This document shows, piece after piece, positions 37,680 through 46,246 of a DNA stretch of 64,000 bases. How positions within the stretch are numbered: position 1 is the first letter of the stretch; each line of letters starts with the position of its first letter. The DNA comes from Candidatus Moraniibacteriota bacterium (GTDB taxonomy: Bacteria; Patescibacteriota; Minisyncoccia; Moranbacterales; UBA2206), in contig JBAQUL010000015.1 of assembly GCA_049297495.1 (NCBI GenBank), forward strand, positions 609 through 64,608. The letters are read 5' to 3'. Below the pieces are notes generated by a model, which saw only the letters and a program-made list of their open reading frames with translations, was not told where the DNA came from and did not search any database. The translations under genes were made by a program, and so were the position numbers.

Positions 37680-38792
37680 ATGAAAATAGTATCTTCGAAA
37701 AAAACAACCGAAAAGGTTTTCCTTGTTTTTTTCTTTGGAGCATTTATGGCTCTTCTTTTTTTATTTCAAAACCAGAAAGCAGAGGCTGCCTGCAGTTATC
37801 CCGCGCAAGTTCTTGATATCTCAAACTGCAAACAAACTTTGCCAGTTGGTAAATCTGGCAAGCCAAAAGAAGTCACTCAACCGGCGCTGGCAACATACAC
37901 GTCAGATCCCTTTTTCAAGGCCAATGCGACATGTGATGGTGTGATATTTCGAGCACCGGTCAATGGTGTGACGACTAGCAATTCCGGTTATCCACGTTCC
38001 GAGCTTCGCGAGATGACGAACGGCGGGAAGGATAATGCTAAGTGGTCAACCACTTCAGGAACACACACGATGTTTATCGACGAAGCGATCACTGCCGTGC
38101 CTAAGAAAAAAAAGCATGTTGTTGCTGGACAAATCCATGGCGCCGATGATGATTTAATTGTTGTTCGTTTGGAATTTCCCAAACTCTTTATCGACATTAA
38201 TGGTAAAACCGGTCCGACTCTGGACGCTAAGTATACTTTAGGAAAAAGATTTACTGTTAAATTTGTTGCTGAGGGTGGAAAGGTTAAGATTTACTATAAC
38301 GGCAGTCAAAATCCAATCTATACTCTAAATAAATCGACTTCTGGTTGCTACTTTAAAGCCGGAGCCTATACTCAATCGAATTGTTCCAAGGAATCAGATT
38401 GTTCGAGCAACAATTTCGGAGAAGTGGTTATCTACAATCTATCTTTGAATGGACAGGTTATTATTCCAAAAACCGAAACAACACCTCCAGCAGCCTCTTT
38501 GACTGTGAATGATGCCACGGTCGATCCAGCACCCGTGGTGGTCGCCCTGGCGCCCGAGGCTGCGTCTGCCAACACTGGAGTGCAAGTCGCGGAAGCTACA
38601 AGCGAGAATGCTCCGGAAGCCAACCTTTCTGATTCAGAGAAAGTTGTTCCGGTTGTAGTGGTAAATCGCTCGAATGGCTGGTTTGATGGGATTAAATCCT
38701 TTTCGATAGTTCAAAGTGGAAAAATTGCAATTAATTGGACTTCCAATTCGATTATAAATGTGATTTCAATGCTAGCAACGCGCTTGTCTTAA
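37680..38792 (+). CDS. Secreted polysaccharide lyase family 7 (alginate-lyase-2-like) protein
   Basis: It has a signal peptide and the conserved PL7 blocks RSELREM, GQIHG and YFKAGAYTQS, plus a C-terminal Pro/Ala/Val-rich repeat. Confidence 0.6.
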   Translation: MKIVSSKKTTEKVFLVFFFGAFMALLFLFQNQKAEAACSYPAQVLDISNCKQTLPVGKSGKPKEVTQPALATYTSDPFFKANATCDGVIFRAPVNGVTTSNSGYPRSELREMTNGGKDNAKWSTTSGTHTMFIDEAITAVPKKKKHVVAGQIHGADDDLIVVRLEFPKLFIDINGKTGPTLDAKYTLGKRFTVKFVAEGGKVKIYYNGSQNPIYTLNKSTSGCYFKAGAYTQSNCSKESDCSSNNFGEVVIYNLSLNGQVIIPKTETTPPAASLTVNDATVDPAPVVVALAPEAASANTGVQVAEATSENAPEANLSDSEKVVPVVVVNRSNGWFDGIKSFSIVQSGKIAINWTSNSIINVISMLATRLS

Positions 38793-38832
38793 GGACGGGG
38801 ATAGTATTTGAGCTAAAAAAGAGCTTCAAAAA

Positions 38833-38856
38833 AACAGGGTTAATCCTGTTTTTTTG
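38833..38856 (+). terminator. Rho-independent terminator after the PL7 gene
   Basis: The stem AACAGG pairs with CCTGTT around the loop gttaat, and is followed by TTTTTT. Confidence 0.6.
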
Positions 38857-39004
38857 TTGCTCATATGGCTATATATCAGCCCAAATAGATCAAGTGCAAT
38901 AATTTCTAGAATTCGCTTTCTCTAGCTATTGGGCTATTGCTCAGCTATTGACAATTAGTCCATAATATGCAATAATCAACTGTTATGCTGAAAACGTTTA
39001 GCAT

Positions 39005-39982
39005 ATGCATTTTGACAAAAAACCTATTAAAAAAAGAAGGAGGATGGATATGGATAAAAAGACGCCATTGTCTTGGCATGCACAGGAAGAGTGCTCCAAA
39101 AACTGGAGCTCATGTTGGAGTTTTGCGGTTTTTATTTCAGTATTAGCCGCGGGAGTTTCGTTGGTGGGAGGTGGACTTGAAAAAGACCCAATGTTTTTGT
39201 TCTATGGACTTGTCGTAATGGCGGCGGTTTGGACAGGTTCATATCTGGCGATGGGAAGAAGATGGCACAGAAATCGCAAAAAAATTCTTTCTGACAATCT
39301 GAATGACTACCGGCAAAGCCAAAATCTTGAGCGGGTCCTAAAGTCATTCACCGCGACCAGGTCGTCCAATTTTCCAATCTTAGAAAGAGCGATCAGAGGA
39401 GATTGGAAGCCCTTTCGGGTGGAACATTTTCTTAGCAACTCTTTGCGAGGTACGTTTGTCGGTGACGTGAGGCTTCGAATGGATTTTTTATTCGGCTCCC
39501 TCACCGATAGTATAAACGGAATTGCTGATGGAGTTGTTATTCCCAATCTTTTAGATACGAGCTCTGTGTTGTTTCTCAAAGGAAACAGGGGAACTCTGCG
39601 TGTTCTAATCCCAAGTCCGCGAGCAACCAAAGAATTGTTTGTGAAGACGCTTGAACAATGGGTGAAATTTGCTCCTAAGAAAACGCATTTACAGCACACG
39701 CTAAAGGACTTTGCTGTGAAAGATGAATATCTCCTGACACCCATATCTCACCCTCAGATTATTGACGCGCTTGATGCCTCAATTGAAATGACGAGTGAGC
39801 GGCGGCTGAGTGTCGTCGTGAGAGGCGAGCCGATCCAAGATGGTGTTGTGCTGGCTACAGCGCTCGAGGTAAATGGCACGCAATCCGTATTTCTTCCCAG
39901 TGGTTTTTTCCGGGAACTGACAATGTCGGTGATGCCATTCATTGAAGCGCAAGCACCAAAAGTGCTTGCGACGGTTCAATAG
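39005..39982 (+). CDS. Hypothetical membrane protein (two N-terminal transmembrane helices plus a cytoplasmic domain)
   Basis: This is an ORF within the higher-GC island. I recognise no family motifs. Confidence 0.45.
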   Translation: MHFDKKPIKKRRRMDMDKKTPLSWHAQEECSKNWSSCWSFAVFISVLAAGVSLVGGGLEKDPMFLFYGLVVMAAVWTGSYLAMGRRWHRNRKKILSDNLNDYRQSQNLERVLKSFTATRSSNFPILERAIRGDWKPFRVEHFLSNSLRGTFVGDVRLRMDFLFGSLTDSINGIADGVVIPNLLDTSSVLFLKGNRGTLRVLIPSPRATKELFVKTLEQWVKFAPKKTHLQHTLKDFAVKDEYLLTPISHPQIIDALDASIEMTSERRLSVVVRGEPIQDGVVLATALEVNGTQSVFLPSGFFRELTMSVMPFIEAQAPKVLATVQ

Positions 39983-40014
39983 GTTGTAATAAACAATTGA
40001 GTTAGGAGGAAAAC

Positions 40015-40251
40015 GTGGCTGAATTCGAAAGAAACTCGCCAATAAGGCGAGAGTGGTTTGAGAAAGATGGGCATCCAGAGGCATTATTCAAAGAGTTGCC
40101 TGGCAACAAGTCTCTGTTTAATTCGCATTGCGGATGCCGCATGCGAAGGGTAATAGGATTCGTCCAAAGAGACGGATTCATCAACAAACTTGGCTTCGTA
40201 GGTTGGGTCTGCGAAGTATGCGACATCCGGAAAAATGCTCTGTTTGATTGA
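40015..40251 (+). CDS. Small zinc-ribbon protein
   Basis: A GTG start lies 6 nt after TAGGAGGA. The 78-aa protein has a Cys4 pattern (HCGC...CEVC). Confidence 0.45.
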   Translation: MAEFERNSPIRREWFEKDGHPEALFKELPGNKSLFNSHCGCRMRRVIGFVQRDGFINKLGFVGWVCEVCDIRKNALFD

Positions 40252-40475
40252 TCTGATCCATAATCAAACCGAGGATCTTCACGAGGGCTACCAATAGGCA
40301 ACATTGCCTAGAAGTAGTCCTCTTTTTATTTCCAATAATTTTATACAAAGAACATCTCTGGTCAGTTTTGATTTTCGACTTGACATTGGTTCCAATTTAC
40401 GCTATGTTTATCTATTAAATTGGTTGATAGATAGGAGTATTTTTGAACATTCCAAACAGAATAAGCGAGGTAATA

Positions 40476-41233
40476 TGACCAAGATTAGATTGATTTTGAG
40501 TGATATCGATGGTTGTTTATGTGGTAAGCTCTATGATTTTTTACCACTTGGACAAATCCGGGAGTATTGCGAAAGAGTTCAGCGCGGTCAAAGTCTTCCG
40601 GCGTTCGCATTTGCGACCGGCCGAGGCGGCGAATATGTGGACTGCCTGGCGCGGATGCTGAATGCATATATGCCAGGGAATGTCCCCAGTATTATTGAAA
40701 ACGGAACTTTTTTGTTTAGGCCGGAGGGAAGAATTTATATTCCCCATCCGGCACTATCCGGCAAGGAAAATTTGATTGTTGAAGTAAGGGCGAGTGTCAC
40801 AGCGCTGCTAAAAAGTGGAGAAGTGAGATTGATTGGCGGCAAGGATGGTTGTTTATCGCTGAAGCCAGTCGATGAGAGTGCGGACATGGATCGGTTGGAG
40901 GAAAACGTGAGGTCGGTGATTGATCCGGACTTGCGTGAACAACTTTTCGTGACCCATTCCACAACCGCCATTGATATCACAGTTCGGGGCGTGAACAAGG
41001 GATCCTGTCTGCATTTTCTGTGCGAGCAGACTGGTGTTCGGCCGGAAGATATTTTGGCCATCGGTGACACCGCTGGGGATATTCCAATTCTAAAGGAAGT
41101 TGGTTTTCCGGCCTGTCCGGGAAATGCTAACAAGGAGGTGAAAGAGCTGGTTTCAAGGAAAGGCGGTTATGTCGCCCGAGCGGAGTTCGCTTGGGGCGTT
41201 GTGGAAATCATGAAAAACTTTAAACTGATTTGA
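40476..41233 (+). CDS. HAD-superfamily phosphatase (Cof/IIB-like)
   Basis: An ATG start follows GAGGT. HAD motif I is LILSDIDGCL and motif IV is IGDTAGDIPIL. The ORF track's upstream extension to 40304 is non-coding. Confidence 0.6.
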
Positions 41234-41248
41234 AAGGAGTAGCGCACC

Positions 41249-41833
41249 ATGACAAATAAATTATACACCAACTCACCCACACCCGAGCTGACGGTTTGGG
41301 GAAAAACCGGAAACGAAACCAAGCTGGCTGGAAAGTTCGGCCTGAGCTTGATCTCTCAAAACTTTACGGATCCTTCATCTGGTAAAGACGACGAATATGT
41401 CTTCTGCCGGAAAGCTCCTGGGGTGACGGTCGTTCCTGTTCTTCCGAATGGAGACTGGATTATTACCAGGACCTTCAAACAGGGAGCCAACGCAATTGTC
41501 TGGGAGTTTCCGGCCGGCCGCAAACCCAAGGATGTATCAGCTACCGATCAGGCAAAGGTCGAGTTGACAGAGGAATCCGGCTTGATTGCAGGACAAATGG
41601 TTTACCTGGGCCGTACATGTGTGGCCCCCAGAAAATTTGACACCTATGAGGATCTTTTCGTAGCATTAAATTGTACACTGGGGACGCCCAAGCCCGGGGC
41701 CGGTGAACTTCTCGAAGTTCACCAGATTACCGCCGGAGAATTCTGGAAATTGATTGGCTCAGGCCAGTTTGTTTCCGGTTTCTCGGAAATCGCCGCAGTA
41801 CGCGCAGCAGATTTTCTGTCAAACAACAAATAG
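41249..41833 (+). CDS. NUDIX-family hydrolase (putative)
   Basis: An AAGGAG Shine-Dalgarno sequence precedes it. The Nudix-box-like segment is GRKPKDVSATDQAKVELTEESG. Confidence 0.45.
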   Translation: MTNKLYTNSPTPELTVWGKTGNETKLAGKFGLSLISQNFTDPSSGKDDEYVFCRKAPGVTVVPVLPNGDWIITRTFKQGANAIVWEFPAGRKPKDVSATDQAKVELTEESGLIAGQMVYLGRTCVAPRKFDTYEDLFVALNCTLGTPKPGAGELLEVHQITAGEFWKLIGSGQFVSGFSEIAAVRAADFLSNNK

Positions 41834-41888
41834 CCCACCGGAACCGGTGGAAAAAGTCGTCAACATTCGCGTTTAGTGAGGTTGACGC

Positions 41889-41943
41889 AAAAAGGGGGTA
41901 GCATGGATTTCCATGAGACCCCTTTTTGCATGCCAATTTTTTT
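41889..41943. terminator. Bidirectional terminator hairpin between convergent genes
   Basis: The stem AAAAGGGGGT pairs with ACCCCTTTT. A T-run flanks it on the plus strand and an A-run on the other side. A second, smaller hairpin, CCACCGGAACCGGTGG, lies at 41835-41850. Confidence 0.5.
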
Positions 41944-41951
41944 CGAAAGTT

Positions 41952-43472
41952 TTATTTTGGCAAAAAAGCCTGCCAAGTCTTGATTGGTTTCAGATCTTGT
42001 TCAGTAACATTTTCGGCCAGCTCTGTATCAAAAAAGTTTTCATATTGCAAGTTAGTAAAGGTCGAGTCTTGGCTTGTTTCGCCCTCAAGCGAAATTACGC
42101 GAATTTTTAATTCTTCATTTTTCAGCAGTTTATAAAGTATTATCCGAAATAGCTGGTCTCTTTTTTCCGGCTTGAGTTCAAGTTTAGTGCCTGCTTTTGT
42201 TTCAATGAATGTTCCGTCTGCTAAGATAAAATCTGGCTGTATGGTTATTATTTTGTTTTTTAAGGCAAGCGCCCAATTTTGGAACTCTTCTGGCTGGCCG
42301 GCTAGGATGGTTTTTAATTCTTGCCCTTCTGGAATCTTGATTTCCAATTGAATGCTATTTTTTTCTTTTCCAATTGCTAGAGCAACAAGGTCCTCAAAAA
42401 GTGTTCCAATTTTTTGGCGGATTTCTCCGGTCAGATCCTTGGGAGTTTCCTGGATGACTTTTCTCTCCAAATCAAGAAAAGCTTTTAATGGCGGGGTGGG
42501 TTGAAAATTTTTCAACAATAGATCATTTTCTTTTTCTTCAAAAAGTGACTGATAGTTTTCTGGTAGCTCTTTGATAGTGGCTAATTTTTTTCCAGCAAAA
42601 AATACTCGATTTAGTTTTAGCGGAGCATTCTCGTCGGCTGCTTTTAATCTATCTAAGGCGATAAGCGCGGAAACTCTTTCTGGCTCAGAGTTTTCTTGAG
42701 GATGAAAGTTTTCAAATTCATCAAAAATAAATTGTTTTTGGATGGAAAAAAGATCGAGCGTTCCAGTAGATGGATCGCGTTGAACGTGGCAATTCTTAAT
42801 CTCAGAATATTTCCCTTTCTGATTTATTAATCGGACATTCCACAGTCCAGTGGGGACGACCAATGATTGACTGACTATTTTTTCTTCCGGATTTTGAGCT
42901 TGAAGATTTTGCAAATTATGTGTCACTTTTGCTCGTGCAGTATTGCTAAATTCTTGTGCTGAGGGAAAGCGTTTGCCACGAAGCATATTTGTTCCACTGA
43001 GTTTAGCCTGGCCACTTCTTTTTTGGATTAGCTGGTATTTGCTTTCGGTTTTTGGATGAATCGGCATCAAGACAAAAATACCTTCGGCTGTTTCGTAGGT
43101 TTGGATATTTGTGAGGCAAATTCGACCACCGATTTCCGGACTAAATGATGATGGGCTTATTTCTCCACCAAAAACACTATTTTCCCATTCGGCGGAATCT
43201 GAGACTTCACCAATCGGCCAAGCTTTTTCAATGCTATCTCGAAGGTCAAAAGATTCTGTTCCATTCTTCTCTGCTGGTTCGCGGATTTCCAGAATTCCAT
43301 TTTGTCCTTTTTCTGAAGGGGGAGTAATCCGAATATTTTCCGCTGGAATAAATAAGAAGCCTTCACTTTCCAAGGCAGATTTTTCAAGCTTTTTCCCATG
43401 CTGATGCAGGATATCCCTGATACCTTCTTTTGCTTGGTGAACTATGTGTGGTTGTTCAATATTTTCTTGCAT
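41952..43472 (-). CDS. Hypothetical protein, 506 aa
   Basis: It is a long minus-strand ORF with higher GC than the surrounding DNA and no recognisable motifs. A canonical promoter lies upstream in the divergent region. Confidence 0.5.
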   Translation of the reverse strand: MQENIEQPHIVHQAKEGIRDILHQHGKKLEKSALESEGFLFIPAENIRITPPSEKGQNGILEIREPAEKNGTESFDLRDSIEKAWPIGEVSDSAEWENSVFGGEISPSSFSPEIGGRICLTNIQTYETAEGIFVLMPIHPKTESKYQLIQKRSGQAKLSGTNMLRGKRFPSAQEFSNTARAKVTHNLQNLQAQNPEEKIVSQSLVVPTGLWNVRLINQKGKYSEIKNCHVQRDPSTGTLDLFSIQKQFIFDEFENFHPQENSEPERVSALIALDRLKAADENAPLKLNRVFFAGKKLATIKELPENYQSLFEEKENDLLLKNFQPTPPLKAFLDLERKVIQETPKDLTGEIRQKIGTLFEDLVALAIGKEKNSIQLEIKIPEGQELKTILAGQPEEFQNWALALKNKIITIQPDFILADGTFIETKAGTKLELKPEKRDQLFRIILYKLLKNEELKIRVISLEGETSQDSTFTNLQYENFFDTELAENVTEQDLKPIKTWQAFLPK

Positions 43473-43522
43473 TTAAGCTTATCATATCCTTGGAGATTGT
43501 GGTTGTCAATAAACACAATGAT

Positions 43523-43551
43523 TTGACAATTATCCTAGCTAGTGCTATAAA
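43523..43551 (+). promoter_or_regulatory. Sigma-70-like promoter: TTGACA, 17 nt spacer, TATAAA
   Basis: It is read directly. It sits in the divergent intergenic region about 135 nt upstream of the plus-strand gene at 43686. Confidence 0.45.
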
Positions 43552-43685
43552 TATAGGCTATCTATTAAGATTGCACTAGTTAATTTCTTTTACAATCAAA
43601 GGTATTTTGGTGAGTGATTATTATTAATCTCTGAATTTTAAATTATTTTTTTTGTGACCCACCATCGAGTGGGAAAGGGGGAATT

Positions 43686-44468
43686 ATGGATTGGAGCAAA
43701 ATGTCTGAGACGTGTTTTCTGAGTCTGTCGGGTGGGCTAAGTGTCTATCGGGAAAGCCCTTTGTCTGAAGCTTTTAAAGGAGTGATTCGAGAAGAGCTCA
43801 AAAAACAGGGAGAAAGGCGAGAAAGCACTATTGAAGACTGCTATGCTGCGGCAGACTATGTATTTGCTACTGGCATTGCCGCCTCTCATGGTAGTATTGG
43901 ACTCATTGGTCTCGACACTATCATTCCCAAAGAGGAGAGATCGCCATATCGTGGAGTTGTTCGGAGTTTGTTTGCCTATGCTAGACAAACGAATTCCGAA
44001 AGTGATGAAAGCTGTGAAGCCTTCCGCGCAGCCATTCAGTGTGTGGCATTTTTGACTGACAGCGAGATCGGGCCAAATAATTTTCCATTGAGTCAGCAGT
44101 GGCTTATGCGTTCTCAAAAATACATTGGAAACTTCTTTGGGCAAGAATTGCCTGGCGACTCGTTATTGCCGGAAACGCGACGACTTTTGCTGGTTGCTCG
44201 GCAGGCTCTTTTGATGTCTCGTGAAAAAGGGCTTAGCAGTATCTTTAAAAATTTAAATGATATGCAATCTTCAGAAGAAACTTCCCTGGATAACTATTTC
44301 ACAGCTAAACAGGGGATGTACCGGGTGATCGGCCACATGATGGACGACGACTTTGCTTTTCAAGGAGAGTTTCCTTCTCTGGAAGAAGCGATTGAGTGTG
44401 TAGGTCTTCCAGGCGGCAAGCTTCTTGGTAAATACGTGTATGACGACCAGGGGTTGTTGGTCTGGTAG
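43686..44468 (+). CDS. Hypothetical protein, 260 aa
   Basis: A GGGGGA Shine-Dalgarno sequence precedes it. No family motifs are recognised. Confidence 0.5.
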   Translation: MDWSKMSETCFLSLSGGLSVYRESPLSEAFKGVIREELKKQGERRESTIEDCYAAADYVFATGIAASHGSIGLIGLDTIIPKEERSPYRGVVRSLFAYARQTNSESDESCEAFRAAIQCVAFLTDSEIGPNNFPLSQQWLMRSQKYIGNFFGQELPGDSLLPETRRLLLVARQALLMSREKGLSSIFKNLNDMQSSEETSLDNYFTAKQGMYRVIGHMMDDDFAFQGEFPSLEEAIECVGLPGGKLLGKYVYDDQGLLVW

Positions 44469-44519
44469 CGCTATCATCGGAACCGATAGAAGGTCACCAA
44501 TACTCGCGTTTAGCGAGAT

Positions 44520-44804
44520 TTGCGCGAAAGGAGGTCTATGAATACTACTGCGATTATTGCGTTGGGAGCGTTGTTAATATGGGGAATGTGTGGGCTCATG
44601 CACCTATCTGTGTTTTGGCTGGATGGTATATATAAAGAGGCCTCCAGGGAGAGCACTTCCTTCTACCAGCATTGGGTTGTTGTGCCAAAAATGCCCATAT
44701 CATGGCTTAAGATAATTCTAACTTGCTTGCTGCATGGCCCGCTGGCTCGCAAAGCGATGAAGAGCAAATTTGGAATTGAGCACTCCTATTTTGAAGAAGA
44801 CTAA
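44520..44804 (+). CDS. Small membrane protein (two transmembrane helices)
   Basis: An AAGGAGG Shine-Dalgarno sequence precedes it. The protein is hydrophobic. Confidence 0.4.
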   Translation: MRERRSMNTTAIIALGALLIWGMCGLMHLSVFWLDGIYKEASRESTSFYQHWVVVPKMPISWLKIILTCLLHGPLARKAMKSKFGIEHSYFEED

Positions 44805-44833
44805 AGTTGTTCATTGGCAGAAAAATCAAAAGA

Positions 44834-44866
44834 AGGGATTGTTGATAACTCGCAATCCCTTTTTTC
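44834..44866. terminator. Bidirectional Rho-independent terminator
   Basis: The stem AGGGATTG pairs with CAATCCCT and is followed by TTTTTT. It lies between convergent genes. Confidence 0.6.
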
Positions 44867-44875
44867 TATGCTTTT

Positions 44876-46246
44876 TTATTTAGGAATATCTAAGAATTTT
44901 AGTTTGAGGATATAGCTGAGCTCGGATTGCTCAAGATAGGCGACAGGCACTAGATTTGTGTCGTCGAATTTTTCCGGCACATTTGGATATAGTTTGCCTT
45001 GATTTTCGAGGCGTATTGGATCTTGAAATATGCCATCTTGCATGAAAGAAATCAGGCTGGAACCGGAACTGGGATCTTCTCGGGGAAAATCAGAGAGGAG
45101 TGCGTTTTCCATCCAAGTGATATAGACCTGGTCGTTCTCAGCAATTCCAATATTGGGAAAGAATTGATAGTGAGTTGATGTTGGCAAGGGCAGGATGTTG
45201 CCCCATTCTCCGTTTGCTAGCACGCTATAAAATATCTGCGATGGTTGGGTTGATGAGGCTCCGGCGCGCCAGGCGACGTGGATCACATCATGAGAGTCAA
45301 CTGCGATGCTTGCGTGTCTTGAATCGAAGAGCGGATCGGAAATTGCTTGCCAAGCCGACCAGGTATCGCCATGATCAAGCGACGTTATATGCTCGATTTG
45401 TTGAATATCTCCCATGGGATTGTCCTGCGAAGAGTACATGAAAAGATGTAGATTGCCTTTTTGATCAATTACGAGACTTGGGCGTGACTGAGTGTTTTTT
45501 GAGACAGCGATATTTTTCCAGGGAGACCAATTTTCTCCACCATCCTCAGATTTGCTGAATTTAATTTGTTGATTATTATTTTGGGTATCTTTCCCTTCCC
45601 AAACGACATATAGCGTGTCGTCCGGTCCAATAAGGAGCGAAGGATGTTCTTGCCAATAAAGATTCTTAGTTGTATAGCCTGAGACAGGAGCGATGTTTTT
45701 CCATTTAGACCAAGTTTGGCCCGTGTCGCTGGAAGCAGTGTATTTGATTTGTCGATTATTTTCTTGCCAATTATCAGAGCCATACCAGACGGTATGCACG
45801 ATTCCTTTGGAGTCAACTGCAATAGCGGGAACCCGTTGGCTTGCGGCGTCAATAATGGCAATTGGATTTTTAGTTCCAGAAATTTCTGGCGGATTATCTC
45901 CGGTTATCCGGGCCACAAAAATTTCATAAAGACCAAGATATTTTTTTCTATAGGCAACATAGACATTGCCTTTTCTGTCATAGGCGATTTTCCTTTGTCC
46001 GCTATAGCCAAGACCCTTGGCATCTTCCGTGCTATCAATCGTCAGCTCAAGATTTGAGAAATTTCTGCTACGCGTTCCGTTTTCTTTGGTTAGTTCTGTC
46101 GAGACCGAGGTCTCGCTTGGCGGGGGAGTTGTGTTTTTTTGGAGTTTCATTTTCAAGATGACAAAAATTGCTAGTAGGGCAATGGCAACTAATATAATTG
46201 GTAATCGCTTAATTATCTTGTCATTGGATATTGTTGTCATAAGCAT
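44876..46246 (-). CDS. BNR/Asp-box repeat protein (sialidase / glycoside-hydrolase-like beta-propeller) with an N-terminal transmembrane anchor
   Basis: It has at least three S-x-D-x-G-x-T-W Asp-box motifs (SSDTGQTWS, SEDGGENWS, SLDHGDTWS) and an N-terminal hydrophobic helix. Confidence 0.7.
   Translation of the reverse strand: MLMTTISNDKIIKRLPIILVAIALLAIFVILKMKLQKNTTPPPSETSVSTELTKENGTRSRNFSNLELTIDSTEDAKGLGYSGQRKIAYDRKGNVYVAYRKKYLGLYEIFVARITGDNPPEISGTKNPIAIIDAASQRVPAIAVDSKGIVHTVWYGSDNWQENNRQIKYTASSDTGQTWSKWKNIAPVSGYTTKNLYWQEHPSLLIGPDDTLYVVWEGKDTQNNNQQIKFSKSEDGGENWSPWKNIAVSKNTQSRPSLVIDQKGNLHLFMYSSQDNPMGDIQQIEHITSLDHGDTWSAWQAISDPLFDSRHASIAVDSHDVIHVAWRAGASSTQPSQIFYSVLANGEWGNILPLPTSTHYQFFPNIGIAENDQVYITWMENALLSDFPREDPSSGSSLISFMQDGIFQDPIRLENQGKLYPNVPEKFDDTNLVPVAYLEQSELSYILKLKFLDIPK

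Noticed and set aside
40304-40475. ORF-track N-terminal extension of the HAD phosphatase (start at 40304).
   Set aside because: The extension translates as low-complexity sequence and contains promoter-like AT-rich DNA. A good ribosome-binding site plus ATG at 40476 begins the conserved DxD HAD motif I within nine residues.
43137-43404. Short plus-strand ORFs (60-97 aa) overlapping the 506-aa minus-strand gene.
   Set aside because: They are fully nested in the long minus-strand ORF and have no signal of their own. They are likely frame noise in relatively GC-richer DNA.
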